NCBI RefSeq assembly: GCF_006345805.1
Contig: NC_043010.1
Coordinates: 20,398,001 to 20,462,000, forward strand
Source: Octopus sinensis
Taxonomy: Eukaryota
DNA: 64,000 nt
Direction: 5' to 3'
The stretch's first letter is position 1, and each line of letters opens with the position of its first letter. Positions 37,800 to 52,245 of the stretch are shown piece by piece. The position numbers were made by a program, and so were the translations under genes. Below the pieces are notes generated by a model, which was not told the DNA's origin, searched no databases, and saw only the letters and a list, made by a program, of their open reading frames with translations.

Positions 37800-39503
37800 C
37801 AAGGTGCATTCCAGGATTTTAGAGACTTTTTTCAAGAGAGGCAGTTGTAACTGTTGTAGATTATTGTAAACTTAGTATATCATTGCAATACATCTAAGAA
37901 GCTGACCTGCCAATGTTTGTTATTCCAGACTGGAGGAAATGGCTGTAACAACACTTTGAACACTCCTTACTAAGCACTGCTCCACACAGCTAACTAGATT
38001 GCAGTTTTTTAGCCAGTTTGGAGACTGTTAATGTACCACTTATTTTGTAATGGTTTTTATCTTATTTATATGTTTCCTATTTGGAAATAGATAATAAACA
38101 TATTTTTCTTTTGAAGTAGGAATATATATTGATAAACACATCACTTATAACTTACTTATAAGTGTTACCATTATACATAAATCCTGATTCCAGCTACATA
38201 AACGCCACGGCGAGACATATATACTAAGAAATGCTAATGGACATTTTATGCGTGCATGTATGTTGAAGATAAATAAATTTGTGTTCTTTTAACCGCTATA
38301 AAAAATACACAGTTTTATAATTGCAGAAATAAATTTCATTAACAAGTTGAAGAACGTGAAGAAAGAGAAAATAATTACTACGTTATTTTATTTATGTACA
38401 TTTAGCATTTTTAATACAATTGGAAAGTAAAGTTATTTTGTCATAGAGAATTACGACTAGAAATTCACATTAGCTAATCCTTCATACTAACTACTAGAGT
38501 TCACAACAATTCGAATAAGTCTTGTTGGATTTAAGTCCTACACATGGCATAAAAAATAGCCAATATTTCAAGGAGTGAGTGTCGTGGAGTTGAGTAACAT
38601 CCAACGATCACTATTGTGAGTGTCGTGGAGTTTAGAAACATCCTACGATCACTGATTAATTTCCCCAAAATCAGGGTTTTTATAACTACTCATATCCGAA
38701 TTCTAAGAACTGTATTTCGTGAAAGATTTCTTTGACGAAAGTTTATAATTCGTATATGGGCAGTAATTTTAACCAATGGGATTACCAGTAATTATACTTG
38801 CTCGGGCAAATGACCATTACGTCATATTGCCGTCTTTTATGACTTGCTACAGCAGAATGCCATTGGGATGGGAAGACAATCTGGAGACTGACCAGGCAAA
38901 TGAAGTTTAGTGTTAAACTGAGCAAAAAGGGAAACTTAGAAATGCTGTCGACTGCTGATGGATGAACTTGTACAAGTTGAGAATCTGTTTTTTTGCTGGC
39001 AAATGAAAGGCTAGGTAAAACAAGCTCACTGGGAAGCTCTTAATGGTCCCCTATTTTAACAGCAAGGGCATCATGTTCCTGCATTGGGCTCTCTCTGGAC
39101 AGAAGGTCAACAAAGACTACTTTGTGGAGGTTTTTGAGAGAGTTCAGGAAGAGATTTCATTGTAAAAGGCCAGAGTGACTGCACCAGTTCACAATTCCAT
39201 CCTGGCAATCAACTATTTGACAGAGATGGGCATCAGAACTGTTCCTCACTCTCTCTACAGCCCAGAACTTGCTCCCTGTGACTTTTGATTGGTCCCTAAG
39301 CCGAAAGATGATGGGGGCTATGACAAGGATCCTGGACGCCTTCACTTTGGAGCAGTTCCACGGGCCTTCACAAAATGGCTGGAGCACTACAACAGATGCA
39401 CTGAAGTCATAAGACCCTACTGAAGGACTTTAGAGTTTAGTACTTTTTTGACATTAATAAATGTCTCTCCTGATAAAAGCCAAAACTGCTGGAATGCAAC
39501 TTG
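37800..39503 (+). mobile_element. Degenerate mariner (DD34D-type) with an unrelated internal insertion
   Basis: Termini CAAGGTGCATTCCAG and CTGGAATGCAACTTG. 39050-39310 reads (D)SKGIMFLHW..GQKVNKDYFVEV..APVHNSILAINYLTEMGIRTVPHSLYSPELAPCDF. Confidence 0.72.
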
Positions 39504-39724
39504 ATCAGTTTATTTAAATTGTATTGTTCTACAATGCTTATGGGTCAAGGATGGTCAGTTAAGGAATTCCTTTCTCAACTATGAAATATAGTCCCAGTTG
39601 TGATGCACATTGGGCAACTGTCCTCTGCTTCAGTCTTAGACTGTCAAGTTGACTGATAATGCTAAAGTGGAATTTGGTAGATGGTAAATATGTGAAAGTC
39701 TGGTCAAAACAGTTGTAATGTAAA

Positions 39725-40405
39725 CTTTCATCATCATTATCCTTTAACGTCCGTTTTCCATGCTGGCATGGGTTGGACGGTTTGACTGGAGTCTGGAAAA
39801 CCAGGAGGCAGCACCAGACTGCAGTCTGATCTGGCAATGTTTCTACAGCTTGATACCCTTCCTAATGCCAACTACTCTGAGAGTTTAGTGGGTGCTTTGT
39901 TTGGATGGTGCTTTTTATGCACCACTGGCACAGAAGCCAGTCAGGGGTGAGGGGGCTGGTATCGACCACATTCGGATGGTGCTTTTTATGCACCACTGAC
40001 ACAAGGACTGCAACTACAATTTCCATTTGATTGTGATTTCATTTGATGTTGATGTACTTTGACTCAATAGGTCTCCTCAAGCATGGCATGTTACCCTACG
40101 ATCAAAGGGTACTTTTTGAGTTGGCTGGTTATGCAACACTGGTGTGGGTTACAGCTGTGACCTCACTTTATTCACCAGGTCTTCTCAGTCACAGCATATC
40201 TCCAGAGGTCTCTGTCTTTCATCATTTTCTCTTTGAGGCCCAACATTCGAAGGTCATGCTTCACCACCTCATCCCAGGTCTTCCTGGGTCTCCCTCTACC
40301 CCGGATTCCTTCAACTGTTTGGGAGTGGCACCTCTTCACACAGCTCTCCTCATCCATCTGTAGTACATGACGATACCAATGCAAACATCTCTCTTGCATG
40401 CAGTC
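39725..40405 (-). mobile_element. RTE-clade LINE 3' fragment
   Basis: QERCLHWYRHVLQMDEESCVKRC..GRGRPRKTWDEVVKHDLRMLGL..DRDLWRYAV, then the tail. Confidence 0.88.
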
Positions 40406-42275
40406 TACATTGTATTGAGTGCTACATAAGAAAATATTCCAATTTGATTGAACCAGTTTCAGCGAAGTAAATCCTCAATCATCCATCATTATTAAAAAAA
40501 GGGAAAAAATGGCTCTCCATCACTTACAATGATGAGGGTTCCAGTTGATCTGCAACTGCCTGCTCATGAAAGTAACATACAAGTGGCTGAGTATCTCACA
40601 GACATGCATACCCTTAATGCAGCTCTCAGGGAGATTCACTGTGACAGAGAAAGAATGAAAGCAAGAACCAGTTGTGGCAGCATTTGAAATCAGAACATAA
40701 AGTCGAAAGAAATATCACCAAGCTTTGTGCCAGTGCTGATTCTGCTAGCTCACTGCCTTGACGGACGGACGCACGCACGCACATTGCCGGTTCTTTCGAG
40801 AGAGGCCATAGGTCAATGGGTTTAGGGTCTGAAGAAATGCTGTAAAGCTCAGCGCTTTATGGATGTGAAACTCAGGGTAACCTCATAGACTGGCACTTGT
40901 GCTGGTGGCATGTGAAAGCACCCATTATACTCTTGGAGTGGCTGGTATTAGGAAAGGCATCCAACCATAGAAAACCATACCAAATCAGACTGGAGTCTTG
41001 TGCAGCCCCCACCAAATTGCCAGCTCAGGCCAAACTGTCCAACCCATGCCAGCATGGACAATGGATGTTAAAGGATGATGATGATGATGATGACTACGAT
41101 GATATATATCATCATCATCATCATCATCACCATGCTGGCGTGGGCTGGACAGTTTGACCTGAGCTGGCAATCAGGTGGAGGCTGCACCAGACTCTGGTCT
41201 ACTTTGGCAGGGTTTCTACAGCTGGATGCCCTTCCTAATGCCAACCACTTTACAGAGTGGACTCGGTGCTTTTAGCGTGCCACTGGCATGGGCACTTTGA
41301 CATGGTGCCAGCATGAGTGCTTTTGATGTGGCATTGGCACCAGACTCTTGTAGACTGCATGTGTCTGGAGGCAGATAGTTTAGTGGTCAAGGTGTTGCAC
41401 TCTTGCAGTTTCGATTCCTCAGCTACACAACATGCTGCTCGATGTGGAGATTGAACCCATGGCCTAGCATTTGTGAGTGCAATGGCCTAATCACTAGGCC
41501 ACATACCTTTGCACACATACACACACACACATACACATATATACTCTCACATACACACACACATATATACTCACACACATACACACATACTCACAAATAC
41601 ACATAGTCCCACATACACACTCATACCCCCACACATATACTTACACACACACACACGCACGTGTGCACACGAAAGCATAAAACAGTAAAACCACCAGCAG
41701 TTACAGAATGAAGGACTCAATACATATATATAGGCTCAAATACTGATTATAACACGGGTCACCATTTCTTTGATATTTAGACCATGTGTGTGTGTGTGCT
41801 AGTGTGTGTGTGTGAGTATATGTGTGTGAGTATATATGTGTGTGAGAATATATGTGTGTGTGCATGTGAGAATATATATGTGTGTGTGAGAGAATGTGTG
41901 TGTGTGTGTGAGAATATATGCGTGCATGTGTGTGTGTGAGAATATATATGTGTTTGTGCGTGTGGGCGTGCGTGTACATGTCTATATTGTAGGTCTAAAC
42001 ATTACATCAAAGATTTATTTATTGTTTGTTTATTATATCAAAAGAAACTGACTTGAAAGGAGGAAACTTGCAAAAGACAGATGTTAGAAGCAATTAAAAT
42101 CGAGTTGTTGCTTTGAAAACTTATTTAAAAGCAACAGAGAAGACCAAAGCTGAGCAGACCTATTTTTTGAAGGAGACTAAAATACAAGGTTCGACTGGAC
42201 AGGACGAATGAGAGAGTCAGGAGGGGAAAAGGAGATTTATGTAAACAAAAGGAATTCCTGAGTCAGCTTTCGTTC

Positions 42276-42876
<601 letters not shown>

Positions 42877-42991
42877 AACGAAGAAGGAATTATTATTTGT
42901 ATTTAATCTTTCTTAAGAACAATAAGCTTTGGTTGGTACTGTAGCCTATTTTCTTTGGTCTTGAATACTGGTTTCTTGAGTTTCAGAAAGA

Positions 42992-43039
<48 letters not shown>

Positions 43040-43219
43040 GGGTGAGATGGTGAGAGAGAGACAGACGGAAAGAGTGAGAGAAGGAGAGCAGGAAAGATAC
43101 AATTATGTTCAAAACAATGGCAACATTAAAATTAGATGTTTGTGTGTACAAATACATGTACTCGTACATGAGCACACACACACACGTTTATATATGTGTG
43201 TGTATATATATAGGTATAC

Positions 43220-43251
<32 letters not shown>

Positions 43252-43356
43252 CTGAATGTATATATATATAGGTATATCTGTCTATGTTTATCTATCTATC
43301 TGTCAGTCTGTCTATCTAAAGAAACATATCTATCTATCTGTCTGTCTGTCTGTCCG

Positions 43357-43414
<58 letters not shown>

Positions 43415-43417
<3 letters not shown>

Positions 43418-44510
43418 GGTCAAGTCATAAATAATTTCAGTTTTTCGGAAGTAAATTGTAACGATGCATTTTGAACTTCCAGGTGTTTAAAATTGAAATG
43501 GAAGTTACTGTTTCTAAAAGAGCCTTCATCTGTCATTCGTATTTAAGCAGGTAAAGCATGCACATCAGAGTTTAATATTAAATTTCCCTCCCCTAAAATG
43601 GATAAACTGAAAGTGCATATTCAACATGTGATATTGCGGAAGATTAAGAATGGTAAAATATGCAACAGAAGCAGCTGAGAAAATATGCAGTGGTTGGCTA
43701 TAGCAAGGCATCATTTCTGAATGGCAAGTGCGAAATTGGTTTTTAAAGTTTTGTTCCAGAGATTTGTCATTGAGAGACAACTCAGATCATGATGCTCATC
43801 AGACTTTGATCAAGAAACTTTAAAAGAACTGGTGGCATTCAATCCTTGTAAAAATACTCAGGAATTAGCATTTCACCTGATCACATCCTAATCCACCATC
43901 TGTTGCCACTTGGAAAAGTCAGAAAGTTGGGGGTATAGGTTCCTCAAACTGTTAGTGAGGAGAATAGGGAAGATCACATGTCCATAGCGACAAGTCTTCT
44001 TCCAAGACAGAGAAATTGCTTCTCAATAATATCTTCACAGGTGATGAAAAATGGGTTTTTTATGACAATGTTCAATGCAAAAGGCAGTGGATTGACAAGG
44101 ATAAATCTCCATAAGCTACCTTAAAGGCTGAGCTCCACTGAAGGAAGGTTATGTTGTGTGTATGGTGGGATCACTGTGATATTATTCATTTTGAGATTTT
44201 AAACCACAACCAAACACTAAATGCTGACTTGAATTCTCAGCAGCTGCAATGTGTGATTGGAAATCTTTTAAGAAAATGTCCTGCACTCATCAATAAGAGA
44301 AATATGCTTCTCCATGATAATACAAGACTACATTCAGCAAGAATCATGTAGGATGAAATATTGGATTTCAGCTGATCTGTTCTACCCCATCCACTGTATT
44401 CACCAGACCTTGCATCAGTTGATTCCCATCTTTCCCGCTCTCTACAAATTGCTCTGAAGGGGAAAAAAATCTCCTCAAGAAGATCAGGTGAAAATGTATG
44501 TGGAAAATGT
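43415..44510 (+). mobile_element. Degenerate mariner transposon (DD34D), right end lost
   Basis: Left terminus TTGGGTCAAGTCATAAAT and ATG at 43598. MDKLKVHIQHVIL..ATEAAEKIC..TGDEKWVFYDN..KVMLCVWWD..LLHDNTRLH..HPLYSPDLASVD, with many stops and frameshifts. Confidence 0.9.
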
Positions 44511-46750
44511 CTAAACTGGCAAAATGACCATTCCTAAATACAACAATATCTGTTTCAACACACGATTTCACATAAAAAATTTTGCAAAACAAATATATAT
44601 ATAAATATAAATAATATATGTGTATATATGTATATATGCATACATATATCTACATACTTACGTCTATACATATATATTTGGGCACAGGATGTCACAAAAT
44701 GTGTACAACAAAAAAATACAAAGTACAAGTACATGGAATATGAACTATTTTTTTGAACAACAAAAGACACAAATGGAAACCAAAACAAACAACATAAAGA
44801 ACGACCCTTCATCAGTTGTTGGCTGTTTTTCTAGTCTCGTATTTTGAGCATTTAACAACAATATATGCTTTCGATAAAGCAGTTGCTCCTGCAAAGAAAA
44901 TTAAATAAAATTTGGGATTTTGTGGAGGGTCAAAATTGGTAACACAAACAGGACAGTGAAAACAAACAAGAAGGGCTGCTAAGCCTAAATGAGGTTGTGG
45001 TGGTGAATGCGTAAATCAAGCTTGGACAGGAGACAGACAAGAACATGTCTTCTTTGTTCCAGCTATAATGGAGAGAAAGATGGCCGAAGTTCACATAGGA
45101 GCCACATGAGCAAGAGAGGAGGAGTGAGAGTGAGAGAGAGAGAGAGAGAGAGAGAAGAGAGAGAGAGACTGACAGAGTAATAGGATAGAATAGTGGGAGA
45201 AGAAGAGGTAAAAGAATAAGAGAGAGAAAAAGAGAAAAATGAAAGAGTAAAAAGATCGTATAGAGTGTGCGTCAGCATTATTAAGATAAAACTTACTCGG
45301 AAGAGGATGCATGGCATTCAATCATATAATAATATATATAATATAAATATACATATGTGTAAATATAGCAAATGAAAGATGGAGGATGGAATATGCGAGA
45401 ATTTATTATTAATCACAACAATTGTTTCAACATATCTAGCATTGATTCGTTTTATTATCCATATGTAAATACATATATTTGACAATGTAATTCTTCTCGT
45501 CATGTGTTCTAATCATTTTATGTTTTCTTAATTTCCATGCTGGTATGTGTGGACAAAGATGCTCACCACCACATCACCTCACCACGTGTCACTCTCCCCC
45601 TCCATGAGATTCAACATCCTGAGGTCAGCCTTCAATACTCCCCTCCTTTTCATCTTCTGCAGGCTCCTTCCACTCAAACCATTTATTTCCTTCCATGACC
45701 AAGTTCCCTTCATTACTCCCACAGCCATGATGGGACTGCACCAGTGCAGTCTCCTCTCCTATGCACTATGGATTATTCCTCTCCAGTGTTCTCTCACAAT
45801 ACCACATCAGAGAGGGTGAGTACTATGCAGTTGTTTGATATGCTAGAAATGGCAGCCAAATTTCTCTTAAATCATTCTTTAACAGCACTCCATCAGTTAA
45901 TGGCTGAGTATTCCTCAGACATGTGCACCCTTAATGTAGTTCTCAGGAAGATTCAGTGTGACATAGACTGAGAATGTAAAAGTGGACAAAATGCCACAAA
46001 GCATTTTGCTTGGCATCATAACGATTCTGCTAGCTCACTGCCTTAATAATAATAATGATTTTAAATTTTGGCACAAGGCCAATAATTCTGGGGGAGGGGT
46101 AACTTGATTACACCTAATGTTTCACTGGTACTTATTCTATCCTGGAAGGATGAAAGGCAAAGTCTTTGAACTCAGAACAAAGAATTTGCAGTTAAGCATT
46201 TTTTCCCAGTGTGCTAATGATCCACAAAACTTTGGAGGTGATAAAGTTGATTACATCAACCACAGCGTGTAACTGGTACTTATTTCATTGACCCCAAAAG
46301 GCTTTTGAGGTCGATAAATTAAGTGCCAGTTGCATACTAAATGACTGCCCCACCTCCCCCAAAATTTCGGGCCTTGTGCCTATATTTTTACAATAGATCT
46401 GCTTCTGTTACGTAATTTGATTGTTTTAAAATTTTGTGTCTTCAGATATTTTTTTGAAATGATTCATAAATTTTTATTTCATCACTATTCCAAAAATAAT
46501 AAAAAAAGCACAGATTAAAAAAAAAAATTAACATTATGGATGTAACCCAGAAGTGTGGTGGTGTGGTAAGAAGTTTGCTTTCCAACCACATGGTTCCAGG
46601 TTCAGTCCTACTGTATGGCACCTTGGGCAAGTGTCTTCTACTATTGTCTCAGGCTGACCAAAGTCAGTGGACTTGGTAGACAGAAACTGAAAGAAGACTG
46701 TTATCATACGTGAATATATATATATGTGTATATATATACATCTGTATATA

Positions 46751-46959
46751 TATGATGTGTGGTGAATTTATGGAAAGAAAACTCATAAAAACTCATCAAT
46801 TTAGTTAAAAATGGAGAAGACAAGTTGAGAATTTTAATTCATGCAGACGAAATGATTATCTGCATGAATTAAAATTTTCTTATATATTTTAACAACATCG
46901 ATTTAACTAAATCGATGAGTTTTATGGGACTTCTTTGCATAAACTCACCACACATCATA
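46751..46959. repeat. Nested fold-back: ~60-bp outer arms and a 21-bp inner hairpin
   Basis: TATGATGTGTGGTGAATTTATG.. pairs with ..CATAAACTCACCACACATCATA. 46827-46847 pairs with 46859-46879. Confidence 0.85.
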
Positions 46960-47084
46960 TACAAGTATTACTTTCATACCTTCGCAAATTTACGCCTAAA
47001 ACCTACCAGCAAAGTTTGAAGAATCAGCATTAGAAACCTCCAAAGTTAAAGGACGAATCTACATACAACCTTTTTACACCTATC

Positions 47085-47445
<361 letters not shown>

Positions 47446-47980
47446 TGTATGTATGTATATGCATGTGTGTGTGTGTGTGTGTGTCTATATGTCTGTGTTT
47501 GTCTCCCACCACTGCTTCACAACAGGTGCTGGTGTGTAACACAACCTTGTAACTTAGGGGTTCAGCAAAAATGACCAACAAAATAAGCACCAGGCTATAG
47601 AAAAAAGAAGAAATAAGTACTGGGGTCAATGTAGTTGACTAAAATCCTTCAAGGCAATGCCCCAGCTTGGCCACAGTTTTAAATGACTGAAACAAGTAAA
47701 AGACACCTTATTGCTTATATGAAAAATAGGATCAATTTCTCAGTAAATGAAATACAAGTGATTTAACAGTTGTATTGCTATGGTAATTAGTTTAATAACA
47801 CAAATCAAAGTTTTCTCGCTAAAAATTATGATAAATACATTTAAATATTGACCCCATTAAAAAAAGGGGAAATACTTCTTTTGTTTTCCTTTGTTAACTC
47901 TTTGGTCAATATTGAGTCAAATATTTCATTTGATTCCATATTGGGAGATATAGATCAAACATGGAGCTATTTATAGTTTA

Positions 47981-48422
47981 GGATCTTTTCAGTTTGAACA
48001 GCAGTTTTTTCTAGCGGTGTCATATGAAGTTGTCACCCATAATTATGACCCTAGTATCGATCTATTGCATTTCAATCTGTTTTAGGGTTAGAATTAGTGT
48101 TAGGGTTAGAGTTAGGGTTAGTTAGGGGTGGGGGAAGGGTATCTTTTTTTCTTCAGAAATATAAATAAACCCAATCTGTTTCTTAAACGAGGGACATATT
48201 CATACGGCACAGAATGTTTTCACCCCAATAGACGTCATTAATTGGTTGAAATTGCAGAAATTGAAGAAAAAAACAACAAATATGTTACAAACTATAGAAT
48301 TTTCTCAATAAAGCCAAGAGAAAAAGATGTTCTATAAACACATTCTACCAGTATACGAAGTTTAAAAGTGTTTAGTTATCTGGAAATTATTAAAAAAACC
48401 GCCGGTCAAACCGAAAAGTTCC
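47981..48422. mobile_element. 442-bp MITE with 30-bp TIRs and 8-bp TSD (Merlin-like)
   Basis: TIR GGATCTTTTCAGTTTGAACAGCAGTTTTTT vs GGAACTTTTCGGTTTGACCGGCGGTTTTTT (25/30). Perfect direct repeat ATAGTTTA at 47973-47980 and 48423-48430. GG termini. Confidence 0.8.
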
Positions 48423-51400
48423 ATAGTTTATTGGGACACTTTAGGTTTCAACTTCTATGCTCAATGCTGAATCTTACTGAAAATTGCTTTAACTATGGTA
48501 CCAAAGTCATTGGAACAATATTTGGTTTGGCTTTGGTACCAAAGTTACAAGAACAATGTCCAGTATAACTTTGAAGCTAATGTCAGACTTGATTTCCTGT
48601 TCAGCCCCAGGCAGTGAATTGATGAAATTCTTGGAGAATTGGACAAAAAACATGCAGTAATGATAAGGCCTTTCACATTTATTGAAGTACCCCACTAGTG
48701 ACCCCTGAACAAATTACAATCGAAATACAGAAGAGCAGAGGGTGCTCTCTCAGAGTTAGAGTAGGAGTGTAACCTGAGAATCCCCATGAGTAGCGGTGCA
48801 TCATTCCATGTGCATATTATTAAAATGGCAGCACTGTGCAGAGAACTGTTTGGGATTCTGAGATCAGAACAAGGAAAAAGGATGCCATGATGGTTTGAAG
48901 ACTCACTGAAATAAATCCTGTCTTCAAGCCATCTAATTTTGATAAAACTAAAACACCATTCAAGTTGATTCAGTATTTGTATAAATTGTTTTAGATGTGG
49001 AAAGAATTATAACAGGAAGGAAAAACAGTTTTGAAGTTAGATTAAATTTCTTGTCTAACACAAGAATATTACAGACTGGTTTCAAATTTTGACACAAGGC
49101 CATCGAGAAGAGAGTAAGTTGATTACATCGACCTCAGTATGCTACTGGTACTTAACTTATCAACCCCAAAAGGATGAATGGCAAAGTCAACCTTGGAGGA
49201 ATTTGAACTCAGAATGTATGAAATGCCATAAAGCATTTTGGCTGGCAAATCTAAAATAACACATTTTCTGATTCCATTATTAGTAAAAATTAAAAACAAA
49301 ACTTTTGGCATTGGAAAATTGAATCGGGGTGTTTGATTGAAAGTGACTGGAATAGAACCCAAAGTGAAATAAAAACAAGAAAATAAATAAAACAACAACA
49401 ATAAAAATCTAGGTAAATAATGAAGAAAATAAACAGTAATCCATAATTAACAGATAATTTCATTGTATGTAATTGCTAAGCAATACCATTTTTGAAAGTA
49501 GTAATTTGGTTGACAACATTAATTGATGCGTTTGTTTTAAGCGTTAATTTGTGATCAGAAAAAGAGATATTTACTTACCTGATGACACGGTTGGCATGTT
49601 GAACTCACGTCAAGAGAACCATCACTGTTATTGACTCACATACACTCCTGTCCTAAATAGCTGGCTTTTGCTACACATTGGTTTTAATTTTTTATTTCCC
49701 AATCACTCAAACCAGACATAAGAGAATGCATGTATGAATACATATATATATCTATATACATGGCTTGGTAGGAAACGTAAATGTATGTGTACAAGTATGG
49801 AAGGGAGAGGAGAACGTTTGACAGGGTATGATTATATTTGTAATTGATCGTCTTGTATGAGTTGATTGATCTATAATTACACATCAATCTCTCTAAATAA
49901 ATGTAAATATGTTGGTGCAGATCAATATTTGTGTAATGCATAGACATTCTCATATAAATCTATTCACATATATTTGTATTTAAATTATAAATAAGCAACT
50001 GTGAGGCAAAAGTTAAAAAAATATATGGAAATATTCACAAATCTCACATATAAAGGAATAACGGTTTTGTAAAGGGACTTAAATCTTCCTGAGTAGCAAA
50101 AACATGTTCAAGAATTTTCATTCAATTTTAAAAGATGTGTCAAAAATATCACACCCTTTAATGAAATAGCACAAAAATGCAGTAGATTCTTGATGTAATA
50201 TTGCTAATGATATTTATTTTAATTAGAAAATTCTTTTCAAACCATACACACCATTTTTCATTGAAATCCATAAAAAAAAAACAGGGATTTAATTTCATTT
50301 AATAGCTGTTATGATTGTGTAACGATATTTTAAAATCTTTATATTCACATGGTAAATGGTGAAGTAGTTATTATTTTAGTGAAATGACAAACTGTTAACA
50401 TCTGCAGTGGGGAGGTATTGAAATGTATTGATTTCTTTCTGTGTAAAAATTATTGATCAACGATTTGTAAATCGATAGCAAATGTGAGATACAAATCCAT
50501 TAAATTGAAGGTAAGTAAACAAATCCATAAGGAACAAAAGCGAGGGTTATACCCAGGTGCAGAATAAAAGTTTTATCATCTTGAGCAATCAGTTATTAAT
50601 TAATAATCCAGATCCATTGAAAGGTTATGTTTTAAATCTGATTAACAGTTTTAAAGTTCAGTTTTGGATGAAGATGAACAGAAGTAAAATAGTCCATAGA
50701 AAACTGGAAAATACAAAAATCTGTTGTTTTTAAAAAAAATTATTATTGAATAAATTAGGTAAGGGTAATTCTGTGGTCCAGAAGATCAGTTCATGATTCC
50801 ATAGTTCCAGATCCAGGACCAATAATAGACAAAACTTCTGGTGAGTCTTTTCTGCTTTGTGGATGGAATTTGTAGATGGTAACTGTGGAAAGCCACGGTA
50901 TGTCTGTGTGTGTATATATGCATATATATATATATGTGTGTGTGTATATATATATATATATAAAATCATATATCACGTGTATAAATGTGTGTGTGTGCAT
51001 GTGTGTGTATGTGTACTTATGTATATGTATATGTGTGTGTCTGGGTTTAAACCTGATGACCAGTATTGTGTTTAAGTTTGTGTTTGTGTCTCTTTATGAT
51101 ATATAACTTAGTGGTTCAACAAATGGGGATGGATAAAATAAGTACCACATTGAAGTAAGCACTGGGATTGATATGATTGTCTAAATTCCTTGATTGCAGC
51201 AGTGCCCCAGTTTGGCCACAGTTCAGTGACTGAAACCAGACAAAGAATAAAAAACAAAACAAATGAATCATTAAATATCCAAATATGACCGAAAATATGC
51301 CTCAAAGAATGTAACCTAAATAGTTCTCTCTTGATAATATCTGTCAGTGTAATATATCACATGAGGTGAAATACATCTAAAGATAACGGTTTGTTTTGAA

Positions 51401-52069
51401 ATTGAGAATAAAGGGGGGGAAAAAAAAGAACCACATCACAAAATTCTGGTTGGTTCCAGACATTAAGCATAGTTTCTCTTGTGTATTTGATGCCACCAAA
51501 AATCCTCCCATCTCTCATGTCACACAGCATCTATTCCAACCATCTCGCACTAGGTCAGTTACAGGTGAATGCAAACAGATATTTAAGAATATAGTACTAT
51601 TTCAATTTCGCTATGAAGCCAGCCAGGAATAAAAAAAATCTCACACACATCACACATAATGTAATAGCTTTAGATTGTTTTTTTGTTTTTTTGATTGTTT
51701 TTTTTTTGTTTGTTTTTTTTTTCAACAAAAGGATCAATTGGCAAGAGGGTGCTATAACTCAAACGGCCAGACAAACGTACCAGTAGCTGGCTTCACAGAC
51801 TTTGGTAGCCATTCTAATAATCAAAACCGATCGATAGTCATGTTTAATTTGGCAGGACAGATAGTGCAGTCGTAGATACGAGAGAGGCAACTCAAGTATA
51901 AAACAATGAAGGTGTGCTGAAATAAGTTCCTACCATGATTTTCATGTTTTTTTTTTGTTTTTCTTTTTATCTGTTATGAAATAATGAATGAATAATAAAT
52001 ATTTCTTGAGTGGCAAAATATATTGTCTATGTTCCCATGACAACGCTCTCCTTCTAATGATTGATGCTT

Positions 52070-52184
52070 GTTATTATAATAATGATAATAATAATAATAA
52101 TTATTATTATTATTATTATCATCATTACCATTATCATTATTATTATTATTATTATTATCATTATTATTATTATTATTATTATCA

Positions 52185-52216
<32 letters not shown>

Positions 52217-52245
52217 GTTGTTGTTATTATTATTATCATTATTAG
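52070..52245. repeat. (TTA)n/(TCA) microsatellite
   Basis: Direct inspection. Confidence 0.95.

Noticed and set aside
41371-41503. Two tRNA-like segments facing each other
   Set aside because: Only A/B-box remnants with no complete cloverleaf; these are SINE heads. No true tRNA gene was found in the window.
44805-44815. Minus-strand CTGATGAAGGG in a repeat
   Set aside because: No closing stem II or downstream GAAA.
48082-48127. True telomere or chromosome end
   Set aside because: Short, degenerate and enclosed within a TSD-flanked MITE.
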